DNA of 64,000 nucleotides from Anaerolineales bacterium (GTDB lineage Bacteria; Chloroflexota; Anaerolineae; Anaerolineales; E44-bin32), in assembly GCA_040899905.1 (NCBI GenBank), contig JBBDZX010000005.1, positions 629,722 through 693,721 of the forward strand, in the 5' to 3' direction. The notes beneath the pieces are model-generated. The model did no database searches. It saw only the letters and a program-made list of their open reading frames with translations, and was not told the DNA's origin. The position numbers and the translations under genes were made by a program. Shown one piece after another: positions 39,213 to 49,715 of this stretch. Each line of letters starts with the position of its first letter. Position 1 is the stretch's first letter.

Positions 39213-40141
39213 GCACCCACCTCCATCTGCTGGAAGTGCCGCACGGTCTCCCGCAGGCCTTCCTCCAGGCCGACTCTCGGGCTCCACCCCAGTTCTCTGG
39301 CGGCTTTGCTCGCATCCAGGTAGATCCTTCGGGTCTCGCCCAGCTTGGCCGGACCGTGAACAGGTTCCCGGCGGTATCCCGTGATCACCTTCAAGCTCCG
39401 GAACACTTCGTTCACCGAAGTCCCGGTGCCCGTGCCAAGGTTGTAGATGCCGCTTCCGTCCGCCTTCCTTAGCGCCTGCAGATTGGCTTGCGCGCAGTCC
39501 CCGACGTAGACAAAGTCGCGCACTTGATCCCCATCGCCGTTGATGATGACCGGTCCATCGGCCAGCATGAGGCCGGTGAAGATCGCCACCACGCCTGCTT
39601 CTCCGTGGGCATCCTGGCGCGGTCCATAGACATTCGGGTAGCGCAGGACGGTGTACTCCAGGCCATAGTTGAGACGGTACATGAACAGGTAGTGCTCTAC
39701 GGTGTGCTTGGAGGCGCCATACTGGCAGATCGGGTTGATCGGGTGCGATTCGTCGCAGGGCAGATACTCCGGCTCTCCGTACACCGCGCCGCCCGTCGAA
39801 ATATACACAAGCCGCCGCACGCCGTACTTCCGAGAGCACTCCAGAAGGTTCAGCGAACCCAGGATGTTCACATCCGCATCCAGGACAGGCTCTTCCACGG
39901 ACCGGCGCACGTCCATCTGCGCCGCGTGATGATTCACGACCTCCGGCTTTTCCAGCTCGAAGATCGAAGCCATCTCCGGACTGCGGATGTCCGCTTCGTA
40001 GAATGTGGCGCGCGGGTTGAGGTTGCGCCGATGGCCTGTGGACAGATCATCCACCACCGCCACCTGATGGCCTTGCTCAAGATAGAGGTCGACTACATGC
40101 GAGCCGATGAAGCCGGCTCCGCCGGTTACGAGGATTTTCAC
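39209..40141 (-). CDS. NAD-dependent epimerase/dehydratase (UDP-glucose 4-epimerase-like)
   Basis: [18 protein letters not shown] and [11 protein letters not shown] (YxxxK). Confidence 0.9.
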   Translation of the reverse strand: MKILVTGGAGFIGSHVVDLYLEQGHQVAVVDDLSTGHRRNLNPRATFYEADIRSPEMASIFELEKPEVVNHHAAQMDVRRSVEEPVLDADVNILGSLNLLECSRKYGVRRLVYISTGGAVYGEPEYLPCDESHPINPICQYGASKHTVEHYLFMYRLNYGLEYTVLRYPNVYGPRQDAHGEAGVVAIFTGLMLADGPVIINGDGDQVRDFVYVGDCAQANLQALRKADGSGIYNLGTGTGTSVNEVFRSLKVITGYRREPVHGPAKLGETRRIYLDASKAARELGWSPRVGLEEGLRETVRHFQQMEVGA

Positions 40142-40177
40142 ATTCGTTTCCTTGTCAGATGGAGAGGGAGGCCCGGC

Positions 40178-41680
40178 TCAGTACGCGCCGCGGGCTTTCA
40201 GGACCGCCGGGATGGTCTGCCAAAGCAGCTGCAGATCGAGCCAGATATTCCAGTTCCGAATGTAATGCATGTCCAGCCGCACGCGCTCCTCGTAGCCGAT
40301 CTCCGATCGACCGCTCACTTGCCACAGTCCGGTAATTCCGGGGTGGACAGTGAGCAGGTTGATCCCCCACTGCTCGTAGCGGGCCATCTCGGCCGGCGAG
40401 ATCATGCGTGGGCCCACGAGCGACATCTCCCGGCGGAGCACATTGAATAGCTGAGGGAGCTCGTCGAGGCTATAACGCCGCAGAAATCGACCCACCCGGG
40501 TCACGCGCGGGTCGTCCTTGAGCTTGTGCGCGTGGGCCAGTTCGGCCTGCAAGTCCGGACGATCGGCCAGGATCTGGTCTCCGTCCACGCGCATGGTCCG
40601 GAACTTGAAGGCGTCGAACTGCTGGGCATTGACCCCCATCACTCTGCGCCGATGGATGATCGGGCCGGGGGAATCGAGGCGGACCAGCAGCGCCAAGCCG
40701 GCCAGCAAGGGCGCCAGGAACACCACCGCCGCCGTGGTCAGGACGTAATCCAGGGCGGCTTTGATGGCCGAGTCGACTCCGGTCAGCCTCACCCGGTTCA
40801 CCCCGACCAGCGGCACGTAGGCCAGCTCTTTCACGCTCAATCCCGTGGTGATGATCTCGTACAGTCCGGACGACATCCGCAAGTGGATCCCTTCCGACAC
40901 CCCATATCGGCGAAAGATGGCCAGCATGGCCTCGCGCGAGAGCGCGCTGCTCGCCAGGATCAGCTCCTCCACGCCGTGTTCGACGATCAACCGATCCAGA
41001 TCCCCGAGGGCGCCCACCACTCGCAGGTTCTGCGGCAATTTCATGCCCGGATCCTGCTCGCCGTCCACGAAGCCCACCAGCTCGAGCCCGGAAGTCCTCC
41101 ATCGCAGGAGCTGCTCGGCCAGAGCGCTGGCCTCGGCGTTCGCCCCCACGATCAGCGACCTCGCCATGAAGAAGCCGTGCGATCTCAACCTGTACGCGAT
41201 TCGACGGATCACCAGCCTTCCAAGGCTGATGAACAGGAAGGTCAGTCCCCAGGCCATCAACACCCAGCCTCTGGCGACGATGAGTTGAGGATCGAGGAAG
41301 CCGGCCATTACGATGAACAGCAGCCCGATGCTGGTCCCGCGGAAGACCCGCGAGTACTCCTCTGTCCCGCCCAGCAACACCTCACGCTGATAGAGGCCGA
41401 CCACGGCGAAGCTCAGGAGCCACACCGGAGTCAGAACGAGCACCAGCCTGTCGTAATAGACCTTCGACGCAAGCACCTCGGCGAAGATCGACAGGCCGGT
41501 CTCGAATCGGATCCAATAGGCGGCGCGGAGGGCGAGTCCCACCATGAGCAGGTCGGTGACGATCAGGCTGACGATGAGCGCTTTCCACTCCCAGACGCGG
41601 ACGTTCCAGCGCCGGAGCGCGTTGCCTCGCTCCGCCTTGTTCAAGGGGATGCCCTCAAGCACGGGCGCGGATGAGCCCAT
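40178..41680 (-). CDS. polyprenyl-phosphate sugar phosphotransferase (WbaP/large PGT type, priming enzyme)
   Basis: N-terminal TM helices and a C-terminal sugar-transferase domain (DELPQLFNVLRREMSLVGPR...PGITGLWQVSGR). Confidence 0.92.
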   Translation of the reverse strand: MGSSAPVLEGIPLNKAERGNALRRWNVRVWEWKALIVSLIVTDLLMVGLALRAAYWIRFETGLSIFAEVLASKVYYDRLVLVLTPVWLLSFAVVGLYQREVLLGGTEEYSRVFRGTSIGLLFIVMAGFLDPQLIVARGWVLMAWGLTFLFISLGRLVIRRIAYRLRSHGFFMARSLIVGANAEASALAEQLLRWRTSGLELVGFVDGEQDPGMKLPQNLRVVGALGDLDRLIVEHGVEELILASSALSREAMLAIFRRYGVSEGIHLRMSSGLYEIITTGLSVKELAYVPLVGVNRVRLTGVDSAIKAALDYVLTTAAVVFLAPLLAGLALLVRLDSPGPIIHRRRVMGVNAQQFDAFKFRTMRVDGDQILADRPDLQAELAHAHKLKDDPRVTRVGRFLRRYSLDELPQLFNVLRREMSLVGPRMISPAEMARYEQWGINLLTVHPGITGLWQVSGRSEIGYEERVRLDMHYIRNWNIWLDLQLLWQTIPAVLKARGAY

Positions 41681-42890
41681 GGTAGATCTCCTCCAATCTC
41701 AACGTGATCCGCCCCCAGTCATGATGTTGCTGAACGTATCGGCGGCCCCCCTCCCCCAGTCGTGCCCGCGCCGCCGGACTGCTCAGCAGGTCGCTCACCC
41801 CCTGAGCGAACTCGGCCTCGCCCGTCCGGACCAGCGCCTGCCCCTCACCGGTGAGGGATAGCCCGCGGGCGGCGACGTCCGAGATGACCGTTGCCGTGCC
41901 GCAGGACATGGCCTCGAGGACTTTGTTCTGAATGCCTGCGCCGTAGCTGAGGGGCGCCACGGCCACGGCTGCTGTGCGCAAGTACGGTCTCACATCCGGG
42001 ACCGTCCCCGTCACGTGTACTCGGCCGGGCCGGGCTAGGCGGCGCACCTCTCGCGCCGGATCCTTGCCCACGATCCACAGCTCGACGTCCGGGTGCCGCT
42101 CGGCCACCCGCGGGAGGATGTTTCTCACGAACTCCACCGCCATCGTCACGTTGGCGTGGTAGCCCATCTTGCCGGTCATGATCAGCCGATTCGTTGAGCG
42201 GCTGGCCGGATCCCCAGGGGTGAAGTATTCTGCGTCGACCCCGTTGCTGACCACGGAGACCGCCCGGGGCGTCCGGGGCCCGTTGGCCAGACTCCGCAGT
42301 GCCTGGGCGTCGTACTCGGATGTGGCCAGAACCTGGTCAAACTCGGACAACAGGCGTGCTTCCAGCCGGGCGGTCCGTTCCGTCTCGAACCGTGTCATCC
42401 AACGACTGAAGGCAGAGCGGCTCCGCCGGGAAGCCTGCTGGAAAAGCAGGCTGATGCAGTCGACGCTGTCCCAAACGATCGGGGGTCGGTCGGCTTCCGC
42501 CTGGAACTGACGCTTCAACCACAACCCGTACAGAGCGCCGCGTAGATGCTCGACGTGCACCAGATCGAACGGCCGGCGGCCGTTGGAGCCGGCAAGCAAT
42601 GCCGTCATGGCCCGCGCCGCCCCGGGCGACCAGGAGAAGACTGCCTGCAGAGGGAAACGGCCTGGCAGCGCCCGGATGCAGTTCCATGCCGAGCGCAACA
42701 GGGGAAGCTGCGTGCCGCGAATATCAATCCCCTCCCGCCGCAGTTCCTCAGCGCTCTTCAGCTCCCTGGGGGAGGTCCACACAGTCGCCACGGTGACGCG
42801 GTGCCCGTGGGCGGCGAGCTGCCGGACTAGGTGGTACGAGCGGGTCCGGATCCGATCCGGAACGTAAGGGACCACGAACAAGATGTTCAT
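41655..42890 (-). CDS. GT4-family glycosyltransferase
   Basis: MNILFVVPYVPDRIRTRSYHLVRQLAAHGHRVTV and a GT-B C-terminal domain. Confidence 0.88.
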   Translation of the reverse strand: MNILFVVPYVPDRIRTRSYHLVRQLAAHGHRVTVATVWTSPRELKSAEELRREGIDIRGTQLPLLRSAWNCIRALPGRFPLQAVFSWSPGAARAMTALLAGSNGRRPFDLVHVEHLRGALYGLWLKRQFQAEADRPPIVWDSVDCISLLFQQASRRSRSAFSRWMTRFETERTARLEARLLSEFDQVLATSEYDAQALRSLANGPRTPRAVSVVSNGVDAEYFTPGDPASRSTNRLIMTGKMGYHANVTMAVEFVRNILPRVAERHPDVELWIVGKDPAREVRRLARPGRVHVTGTVPDVRPYLRTAAVAVAPLSYGAGIQNKVLEAMSCGTATVISDVAARGLSLTGEGQALVRTGEAEFAQGVSDLLSSPAARARLGEGGRRYVQQHHDWGRITLRLEEIYHGLIRARA

Positions 42891-42964
42891 CGAATTTGCC
42901 TGGGCGAACCTGGGCTAAGCGGGACCGGGGGATGCGGTTGTCTTGGTCGGTGAAGTCGAGGGTT

Positions 42965-43996
42965 CTAGAACCGTGGGAGCGCTGTTAATAGTCGCAGATA
43001 GTTGGGAGCCAGCGATCGATCCCACCTGGCGCCCGGCAGGACAACGACGACCACCCCGACCAGAATGCGAGGCAGCGAGGCCAACACCAGGAGGAACTTG
43101 TACGCCGCTACCGCCATCCGGCCCCGATGCTTTCGGAAGAAGCGGACCTTGCTCTCATACAGGCGAAGGAACATCTCTTCGCGCAGCTGCATCGTGCTCT
43201 GTCCGCCCAGGTGAACCACCCTGGCTTCGGGGACCCAGTGCACCGTCCAACCCGCGTGCCACAGACGCCGGCACAGGTCCACTTCTTCCGTGTACATGAA
43301 GAAATTCTCGTCCAGCGCACCCACTTGGTCCAACGCCTCCCGCCGCAATGCCAGACACGCCCCCTGCGCTACATCCACCCGGCGCGGCTCGGCTCCCCAT
43401 CTTTCCAACGGGTAGGTGGAGAGCCTCATGAGGCTGTCTAAGTTGAACAAACGCCAGAATTCCCGCAGCAGCCCGGGCGAGGGATGGGCCGATGCCTGAA
43501 GGGATCCATCCGGATTCACCAGGCAGGCGCCCGCCGCTCCCGCCTCGGCATGCTCTCGCATGAACCGCATCAGCGTCGCCAGCGCTCCTGGGATCACCAG
43601 GGTGTCCGGGTTCAGCAGCAACAGCAGGGGACCGTGGGCCGCGTCGATCCCCTGGTTGGATGCCCGGGCGAATCCGGCATTTCCCGCGTTCCGGATCAGC
43701 ATCACCCAGGGAAACTCGGCGGCCACCATGGCTTGGCTGCCATCCGAGGAGGCGTTGTCCACCACGACCACTTCAACTCGAGCGGGCGCCAGCCGAGCGA
43801 TCTCGCCCTCGACAGAAAGTAGGCAATCTCGCAGAGCTTCGCGGACGTTCCAGCTGGCGACGACGACCGAGAGAGCGACCGCGTCATCGGCGCCGCCTCC
43901 ATCACTCATGGGCGTCCGCGTTCGCCGCAGACCTGGTGCCGCGGTGACCATGGGATCCGCCTGGGGCCTCCGACCGGATCGTCGCGCCATCAGCAT
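42965..43996 (-). CDS. GT2-family glycosyltransferase
   Basis: LSVVVASWN...VVVVDNASSDGS...NAGFARASNQG. The true start may be the ATG at 43909. Confidence 0.88.
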   Translation of the reverse strand: MLMARRSGRRPQADPMVTAAPGLRRTRTPMSDGGGADDAVALSVVVASWNVREALRDCLLSVEGEIARLAPARVEVVVVDNASSDGSQAMVAAEFPWVMLIRNAGNAGFARASNQGIDAAHGPLLLLLNPDTLVIPGALATLMRFMREHAEAGAAGACLVNPDGSLQASAHPSPGLLREFWRLFNLDSLMRLSTYPLERWGAEPRRVDVAQGACLALRREALDQVGALDENFFMYTEEVDLCRRLWHAGWTVHWVPEARVVHLGGQSTMQLREEMFLRLYESKVRFFRKHRGRMAVAAYKFLLVLASLPRILVGVVVVVLPGARWDRSLAPNYLRLLTALPRF

Positions 43997-44099
43997 GCAG
44001 ACCGCCTTGGCTGGATGATCGCCAGGTATTCCTGCCCTTGCCGCCTGTACGGGACTCGTGGCGTCATCGACCGGGACGGTCGCGCGGATCGAGAGACGA

Positions 44100-45371
44100 T
44101 CATCGCGCCTTCGCCATTCGCACAGTGCTCCCCGAAGGGGATCGCGGCTGTTCCGCGCGCGCGTAGGCGCGATCCAGCCCCTTCAGCACCGCTCGCCAGT
44201 CGTAGCGTACCTCGGCCAGCCTGCGGCCCCCTTTTGCCAATCGGGCTTGCAACGCTGGGTCGCGCAGGACATTCACCACTTGCGCAGCAAAGCCCTCCGG
44301 ACTGTCCTCGACCAGCAGGTCCTCTCCGGGTCGGGCATCGATGCCTTCCCGGCCGATGCTGGTCGTCACCACAGGCATGCCCCGGGCCATCGCTTCCAAG
44401 ATGCGAACCCTCATCCCACTCCCCGAGAGGACCGGGACGACCACTACGGCCGCACGCTGCAAGTACGGAGTCAGATCCGGAATGTATCCTGTGACGTGCA
44501 ACCTATCGGGTCGCTGCCGGGCCCACCGAAGGAAATCCCGAGGAGGGTTCCTCCCCACGATCGTCAGCCGTGCTTCTGGGACCTCGGCCAGAATCCGCGG
44601 GAATACAGCCTTCAAGAACCAACGCACACCCTCCGCGTTGGGCGCGTAGTGCAAGGTCCCGACGATGAGGATATCCGGGCCGCGCGGCGATCGGTTCACC
44701 GACGTCACCACCTCCGTGTCCACCGCGATCGGCACCACGCTGATACGGTCCTCCTCCGGTGCCGTCCCTCCGTCCGCCGCGGCGGCCAACAGGTCACGTC
44801 GATCGGCCTCACTCACCACCAGAGTGTGTTCGAACGCCCGGACGACACGGCCTTCATAGGCACGGACGCGCCGCGTTTCCCAGCCCAGTATGGCGCGCAC
44901 GGCTGGCGCGGACCCTCGCGTCATTCGGTCCAGGATGGTCCAGGTGGCATTGTGCGCGTCAAAGATTCGATAGGGGTGCAAGCCGGAGCCGTTCGGCGAG
45001 AGGACAAACTGGGTCATGGTCAGCTGGTCGGCGTGGACCACATCCCACTCGCCCGCGGAGAGGCATTCTCTTACGGCGCGGCGCATGCGCGAGAGATCGT
45101 CACGGATGAGCAGGAACGACCGACCGGTGAGTTGGCTCCGGAGCAAGTGCCATCCGTCGGCCAATCGGGATCGGCGCAGCGGTACGGCCACGACCCTGTC
45201 GCAATGCTCGGCTATAGCCGGCAAGTGGGCGCGTTCCTCCGGCCGGACAAAGGAGACCAAGGTGATCCGATGACCGCGCTTCGCCAGGTGCTGGAGCACA
45301 TGCCAAGTCTTCACGCGCGGGCCGGCATCGGGCGGATACGGCAGAATCTGTGTCAGGAGGAGCACGCGCAT
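44100..45371 (-). CDS. GT4-family glycosyltransferase
   Basis: MRVLLLTQILPYPPDAGPRVKTWHVLQHLAKRGHRITLV and a GT-B C-terminal domain. Confidence 0.88.
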   Translation of the reverse strand: MRVLLLTQILPYPPDAGPRVKTWHVLQHLAKRGHRITLVSFVRPEERAHLPAIAEHCDRVVAVPLRRSRLADGWHLLRSQLTGRSFLLIRDDLSRMRRAVRECLSAGEWDVVHADQLTMTQFVLSPNGSGLHPYRIFDAHNATWTILDRMTRGSAPAVRAILGWETRRVRAYEGRVVRAFEHTLVVSEADRRDLLAAAADGGTAPEEDRISVVPIAVDTEVVTSVNRSPRGPDILIVGTLHYAPNAEGVRWFLKAVFPRILAEVPEARLTIVGRNPPRDFLRWARQRPDRLHVTGYIPDLTPYLQRAAVVVVPVLSGSGMRVRILEAMARGMPVVTTSIGREGIDARPGEDLLVEDSPEGFAAQVVNVLRDPALQARLAKGGRRLAEVRYDWRAVLKGLDRAYARAEQPRSPSGSTVRMAKAR

Positions 45372-45560
45372 GAAGGTCTAGGGAGCGGCACTCCGCTCAG
45401 GCTTCCTCTTTCCGCGCCTCGCCACCGGTGCGGCGACAGCGGCGCCGAGGGCTGTCGCCGAACAGTGGGTCCGGGACCCCCGGACGTTCGAGCCAATCGC
45501 GTGTGAGCAGCGTGGTCGTGGCCAAGATCGCGTCGTGGTGGTGCGGCAGAATCGGTGCGG

Positions 45561-46699
45561 TTAGAGTCCCATCAGCCGGGCGGCGGTGACGCGCTGGATA
45601 TCGGATGTCCCCGAGTAGATCGTCCCGCCGATCGAATCGCGCAGGTCTCGCTCGACTTCGAACTCGGTCATGTACCCGTAGCCGCCGTAGACCCGGATGG
45701 CGTCCAGACTGGACTGGAGGAAACATTCGCTCAGGTAGAGCTTGGCCAGCGCCGCCTCCTGGACGGCCGGCTGTCCGCTCTTCTTCATCCAGGCGACCTT
45801 GTACAACAGGAGGCGGGCCGTCTCCAGGCGGACGCGCATATCGACGATCCGATTGGACACGGATTGAAACTTGCCGATGGGCTGACCGAATTGCTGGCGT
45901 TCCCGGGCGTACCGGATGGACCCCTCCAGCTGCTGCTCCATCGCCCCCAGATGGCTGGCCAGGATACAGCTGCGTTCCCACTCCATCGAACTGTTGAAGA
46001 TCTTCGCTCCGGCCCTTCCGATCCGAGGCGGCCGGCCTCGGGAAGGAAGCAGTCCTCCAGGATGACCTCCGCCATCGGCGACGTCCGCAGACCCAACTTT
46101 TCGATCGCCCGGCTGACGCGCACCCCGGCGTCCCGCGCTCGACCAGAAACGCCGTCACGCCCCACATCCCCTTGGACCTGTCGACGGTGGCGAACACGAG
46201 GGTGATGTCGGCGACGGGGGCATTGTCACGAAGGTCTTCGTCCCGTTGGGCAGGTAGCCGTCGCCCCCGCGTTCGGCACATGCCCGCAGGCTGTAGGCGT
46301 CCGTTCCCGAATCGGGCTCACTCATCGCATGCGCGCCGATCCACTCGCCGCGCACGAGCGGTGGCAGGAAGCGAGCCTTCTGCTCCGGGGTGCCGAAGTC
46401 GAGGATGGGCATCTGGACCGACCACATTTGTGCGTTGATGGCGAAGATCAGGCCGTTGTCGCGGCAGCCGTAGCCGGGGCCTTCCATCGTCAGCATCGTC
46501 GTCAGGATCTCGGCGCCGCGCCGCCGTAAGCCTCGGGCATCGGCAATCCCTGCAAACCGAAGCGAGCGCAGACGCGCCAGCCGTCGCGGGAGAGTTCGCC
46601 GGCACGATCGCGCTCGATCAGCCCTTCGTTCAGCTGCCGGCCGAGGTCAACGGCTGCCTTGAGGTAGGTCAGCTGTTCGTCCGTCCAGGAGAAGTCCAT
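45561..46699 (-). pseudogene. acyl-CoA dehydrogenase with at least 4 frameshifts
   Basis: Collinear ACAD segments lie in alternating frames. They are MDFSWTDEQL...; ...AHAMSEPDSGTDAYSL...GTKTFVT; NAPVADITLVFATVDRSKG...; ...IEKLGLRTSPMAEVILEDC...; and MEWERSCILASHLG...IYSGTSDIQR. Confidence 0.85.
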
Positions 46700-46735
46700 G
46701 ACCGATGTCCGCGGGAGTGCGCGACACGCCGCCCC

Positions 46736-48043
46736 TCAGGCGGTCGGCGGCAGCTCCACAATCTGCGAGTCCTTCGCGTCGACGGCCACCGAGGCCCGCG
46801 GCCGCAGCCAGCCGAGCCACGAAGGTTGACGGAAGTAGACGAACTCAAGCAGCGGCGCGGTCATGAAGGTGGTGATTAATGCCATCAGGACCATCATCGT
46901 AAACAAGGTCGGCGAAACCACCCCCAGCTCCAGGCCGATGTTTAGCAAGACAAGCTCCATCAGCCCGCGGGTGTTCATCAGGATTCCGATTGTCCATGCC
47001 TGCCGCGGCTCCATCCCGGTGAGTCGAGCGACGATCGCGGATCCGCCGACCTTCCCGGCGATCGCCACGGCGACGATGCCCAGGCTATACATCCACATTT
47101 CCGCTCCGCGAACGAGGCTGATGCTCGTCCGCAGGCCGACGAAGGCGAAGAATAGAGGCAGAAGCAATACCACCGTCATGTCATGGAGCTTCTGGGAGAT
47201 TCCCCGAACAAAGGCCTCGCCCTTCGGCATGATCGCCCCCATGGCGAACGCGCCGAACAATGCATGCAACCCCATCGTTTCCGTCGTCCATGCAGAAGCC
47301 AGCGCGAGAACCAGGACCAGCGCGAGGACGCCCGGCGTCACCCCGCCCCGACGGACGGCCATTGGTTCCAGGGGCCGTAGGAGGCGCCGGACCACGAAGA
47401 CCATGGCCAAGGCGTAGGCCATGATTCCAGCTCCCATGCGAACCAACACGGCAGGGGTCGCGGCAGAGCGGACCAAGAGAACGACCGCCGCCAGAATTAC
47501 CCAGCCGGCCGCGTCGTTTAGCGCTGCACAAACAAGCGAGATCGCCCCTACCCGGCTTTCCACGAGGTTCCGCTCGGAGAGAATGCGGGCCAGCACCGGG
47601 AAGGCTGTGATGCTCAGCGCTGCTCCTATGAACAAGGCAAAGTTGGTGAACGTGACGCGGTCATCGGAAAACCGGGGATACAGGACCAGCGCCAGCAACG
47701 TTCCCAGCAGAAATGGCGCCACGATGCTGGCAATGCTCGTGAGCAGGGCCGTATGACCCCGCTCGCGCAGCAACCGAGGCTGGAGCTCCAGCCCCACAAG
47801 GAACATGAAGAGGACCAGGCCCACCTGACTCAGAGCATTCAGGTACCCCAGGCTGTCTGGTGGAAACAGACTTGCGGAGACGCCGGGCGCGATCCAACCC
47901 AGAAGGGAGGGCCCGAGGAGTATCCCACCAATCATTTCGCCCATCACCTGCGGTTGGCGGATCCGGCGAAAGAGGGATCCCAGCAGGCGAGACACGGCGA
48001 CAATGACCACGATTTGGACGATCAGTCTTGGAAGGTCGAACAT
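46736..48043 (-). CDS. CPA2-family cation:proton antiporter
   Basis: MFDLPRLIVQIVVIVAVSRLLGSLFRRIRQPQVMGEMIGGILLGPS, multi-TM. Confidence 0.9.
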   Translation of the reverse strand: MFDLPRLIVQIVVIVAVSRLLGSLFRRIRQPQVMGEMIGGILLGPSLLGWIAPGVSASLFPPDSLGYLNALSQVGLVLFMFLVGLELQPRLLRERGHTALLTSIASIVAPFLLGTLLALVLYPRFSDDRVTFTNFALFIGAALSITAFPVLARILSERNLVESRVGAISLVCAALNDAAGWVILAAVVLLVRSAATPAVLVRMGAGIMAYALAMVFVVRRLLRPLEPMAVRRGGVTPGVLALVLVLALASAWTTETMGLHALFGAFAMGAIMPKGEAFVRGISQKLHDMTVVLLLPLFFAFVGLRTSISLVRGAEMWMYSLGIVAVAIAGKVGGSAIVARLTGMEPRQAWTIGILMNTRGLMELVLLNIGLELGVVSPTLFTMMVLMALITTFMTAPLLEFVYFRQPSWLGWLRPRASVAVDAKDSQIVELPPTA

Positions 48044-48224
48044 CAGGGGACTCCCGAGGCGGGATCCACACAGGAACCTGGAACCCGCTGAAGGCCATGA
48101 CCCTGGCGCGGCGGGAGAGGCGAGCCCAACCACTCAGCCGGTCTAGATCGGATTGCCTGTGCAATCGAGCGGAAAGCTCGTCCTCCGTCGCTCTGTTCTG
48201 GAACGCGACACCGTCCGGCCGCGC

Positions 48225-49349
48225 TCACGCGTACGGGATGCTCCTGGAAAGCGCCCGATCCAGCGTTTCCACCGGTGGGTCGATAGGCTCGCCGCGCAAA
48301 AACGCGGCAATCCGCTGGCTGGCCCGGCCGTCGCCATACAGGGCTGGGCGCGAAGCCGGAGGTTGGAACTCGTGCCAGGCTTCCAGAGCGCGTTCCGGCT
48401 CGATGCCCACCATTCGATTCCATCCGGCCTCCACCGTCTCGGACCACTCGGTCTTTTCGCGAAAGGTGAGGCAGGGAACTCCCAGGAAGTACGCCTCGCG
48501 TTGGACGCCGCCGGAATCCGTGGCAATGAGGCGGGCACTGCCTTCAAGGGAAAGCATATCCAGGAATCCCAGAGGCTCGATCAGTCGCACGTGCCGGCGG
48601 AACGTCGCCCCCAAGTCGCGCAAGCAGCGCGAGGTCCGGGGGTGGACCGGGAAGACCACCGGCTCATTCGTCAGGTTGAGGGTTTGCACGATCTTGCGGA
48701 GCCGGGCGGGGTCGTCGGTGTTTTCCGCCCGATGAACCGTCACCAGCGCATACTCCCGCGGGCGAAGCCGGAGGCGGTCGAGGACTACGGTGCTTCCCCG
48801 CCCCCAGGCCCACATCTGGTGCAGGGCATCCAGCAGCACATCGCCCACCCAATAGACGCTGCCGATGATTCCCTCCGAGGCCAGGTGCCGGACGGCCTTG
48901 CGGCTGGCGCAGAAGTGATATTGGGAAACGTGGTCGGCGACCTTGCGGTTCAACTCTTCCGGCATTCGCCGGTCAAAGCTGCGCTCGCCGGCCTCGATGT
49001 GGGCCACCGGGATGGAGAGCTTGCTCGCAGCCAAGGCACCCGCCAGCGTCGAGTTCGTGTCCCCGCGGACGATGACCAGGTCGGGCTGCTCCGTCAGCAG
49101 GATGTCCTCCAGCCGGGACATCATCTCCGCCGTCTGCCGCCCCTGCGGCCCGTGCTCCACCCCCAGGTGATACTTGGGGGCTGGAAGGCCCAGTTCTTCG
49201 AAAAACGCCTCCGACATCCGCGGGTCGGTGTGCTGGTCGGTGTGAACCAGCACTTCTTCGTTCTCCTGGCGGAGCGCGAGGCTTAGCGGCATCGCCTGGA
49301 TCAGCTCTGGCCGTGTCCCCACCACCGAAAGTAGTCTCATAGGCTCCAT
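48225..49349 (-). CDS. wecB: UDP-N-acetylglucosamine 2-epimerase (non-hydrolysing)
   Basis: VVGTRPELIQ...VRGDTNSTLAGALAA...HIEAGERSFDRRMPEE. Confidence 0.93.
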   Translation of the reverse strand: MEPMRLLSVVGTRPELIQAMPLSLALRQENEEVLVHTDQHTDPRMSEAFFEELGLPAPKYHLGVEHGPQGRQTAEMMSRLEDILLTEQPDLVIVRGDTNSTLAGALAASKLSIPVAHIEAGERSFDRRMPEELNRKVADHVSQYHFCASRKAVRHLASEGIIGSVYWVGDVLLDALHQMWAWGRGSTVVLDRLRLRPREYALVTVHRAENTDDPARLRKIVQTLNLTNEPVVFPVHPRTSRCLRDLGATFRRHVRLIEPLGFLDMLSLEGSARLIATDSGGVQREAYFLGVPCLTFREKTEWSETVEAGWNRMVGIEPERALEAWHEFQPPASRPALYGDGRASQRIAAFLRGEPIDPPVETLDRALSRSIPYA

Positions 49350-49715
49350 CTCCCCTGAGCGTCCGGAATTCTGTTTTCTGCGAAGCGAGCTGGTTGTCCC
49401 ATCACAGACTTTGGAGTGCTATCGCCTATGGTGGAGTGCCCGGCGTCCCGCCAATCCGCGGTCGCGGACGGGGCCCGATTGCGGAGGTCGAGCGAGGAGA
49501 TCTTGGCTGCCGTCCGGATCCGAGGCCGCGCGGCGGCCCTCAGGTCGAGATCTACATTGCGCGTGGCCGGGGGGACAGTCGGCATGCGGCTGCAGGTTTC
49601 CTCCCAAGGCCACAAGTCACCCTCCGTCCCTCGGGCTTGCGCCGCTGGCGCGCTCCGCCAACTTGGACCGGACGAAGGTTGCCAGGCTGCTCCGATTGCT
49701 GGCGGCTGCGAGGGG

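Noticed and set aside
40526-41674. Long ORFs antisense to recognisable genes. Other examples are 44058-45506, 24067-25215, 25770-26882, 52548-53552, 57765-58700, 17869-18984, 6476-7408, 39488-40450, 48153-49286 and 15387-16184.
   Set aside because: Each lies opposite a gene with clear family motifs, and each has an Arg/Pro/Gly-rich composition and no motifs of its own. They are treated as high-GC shadow ORFs.
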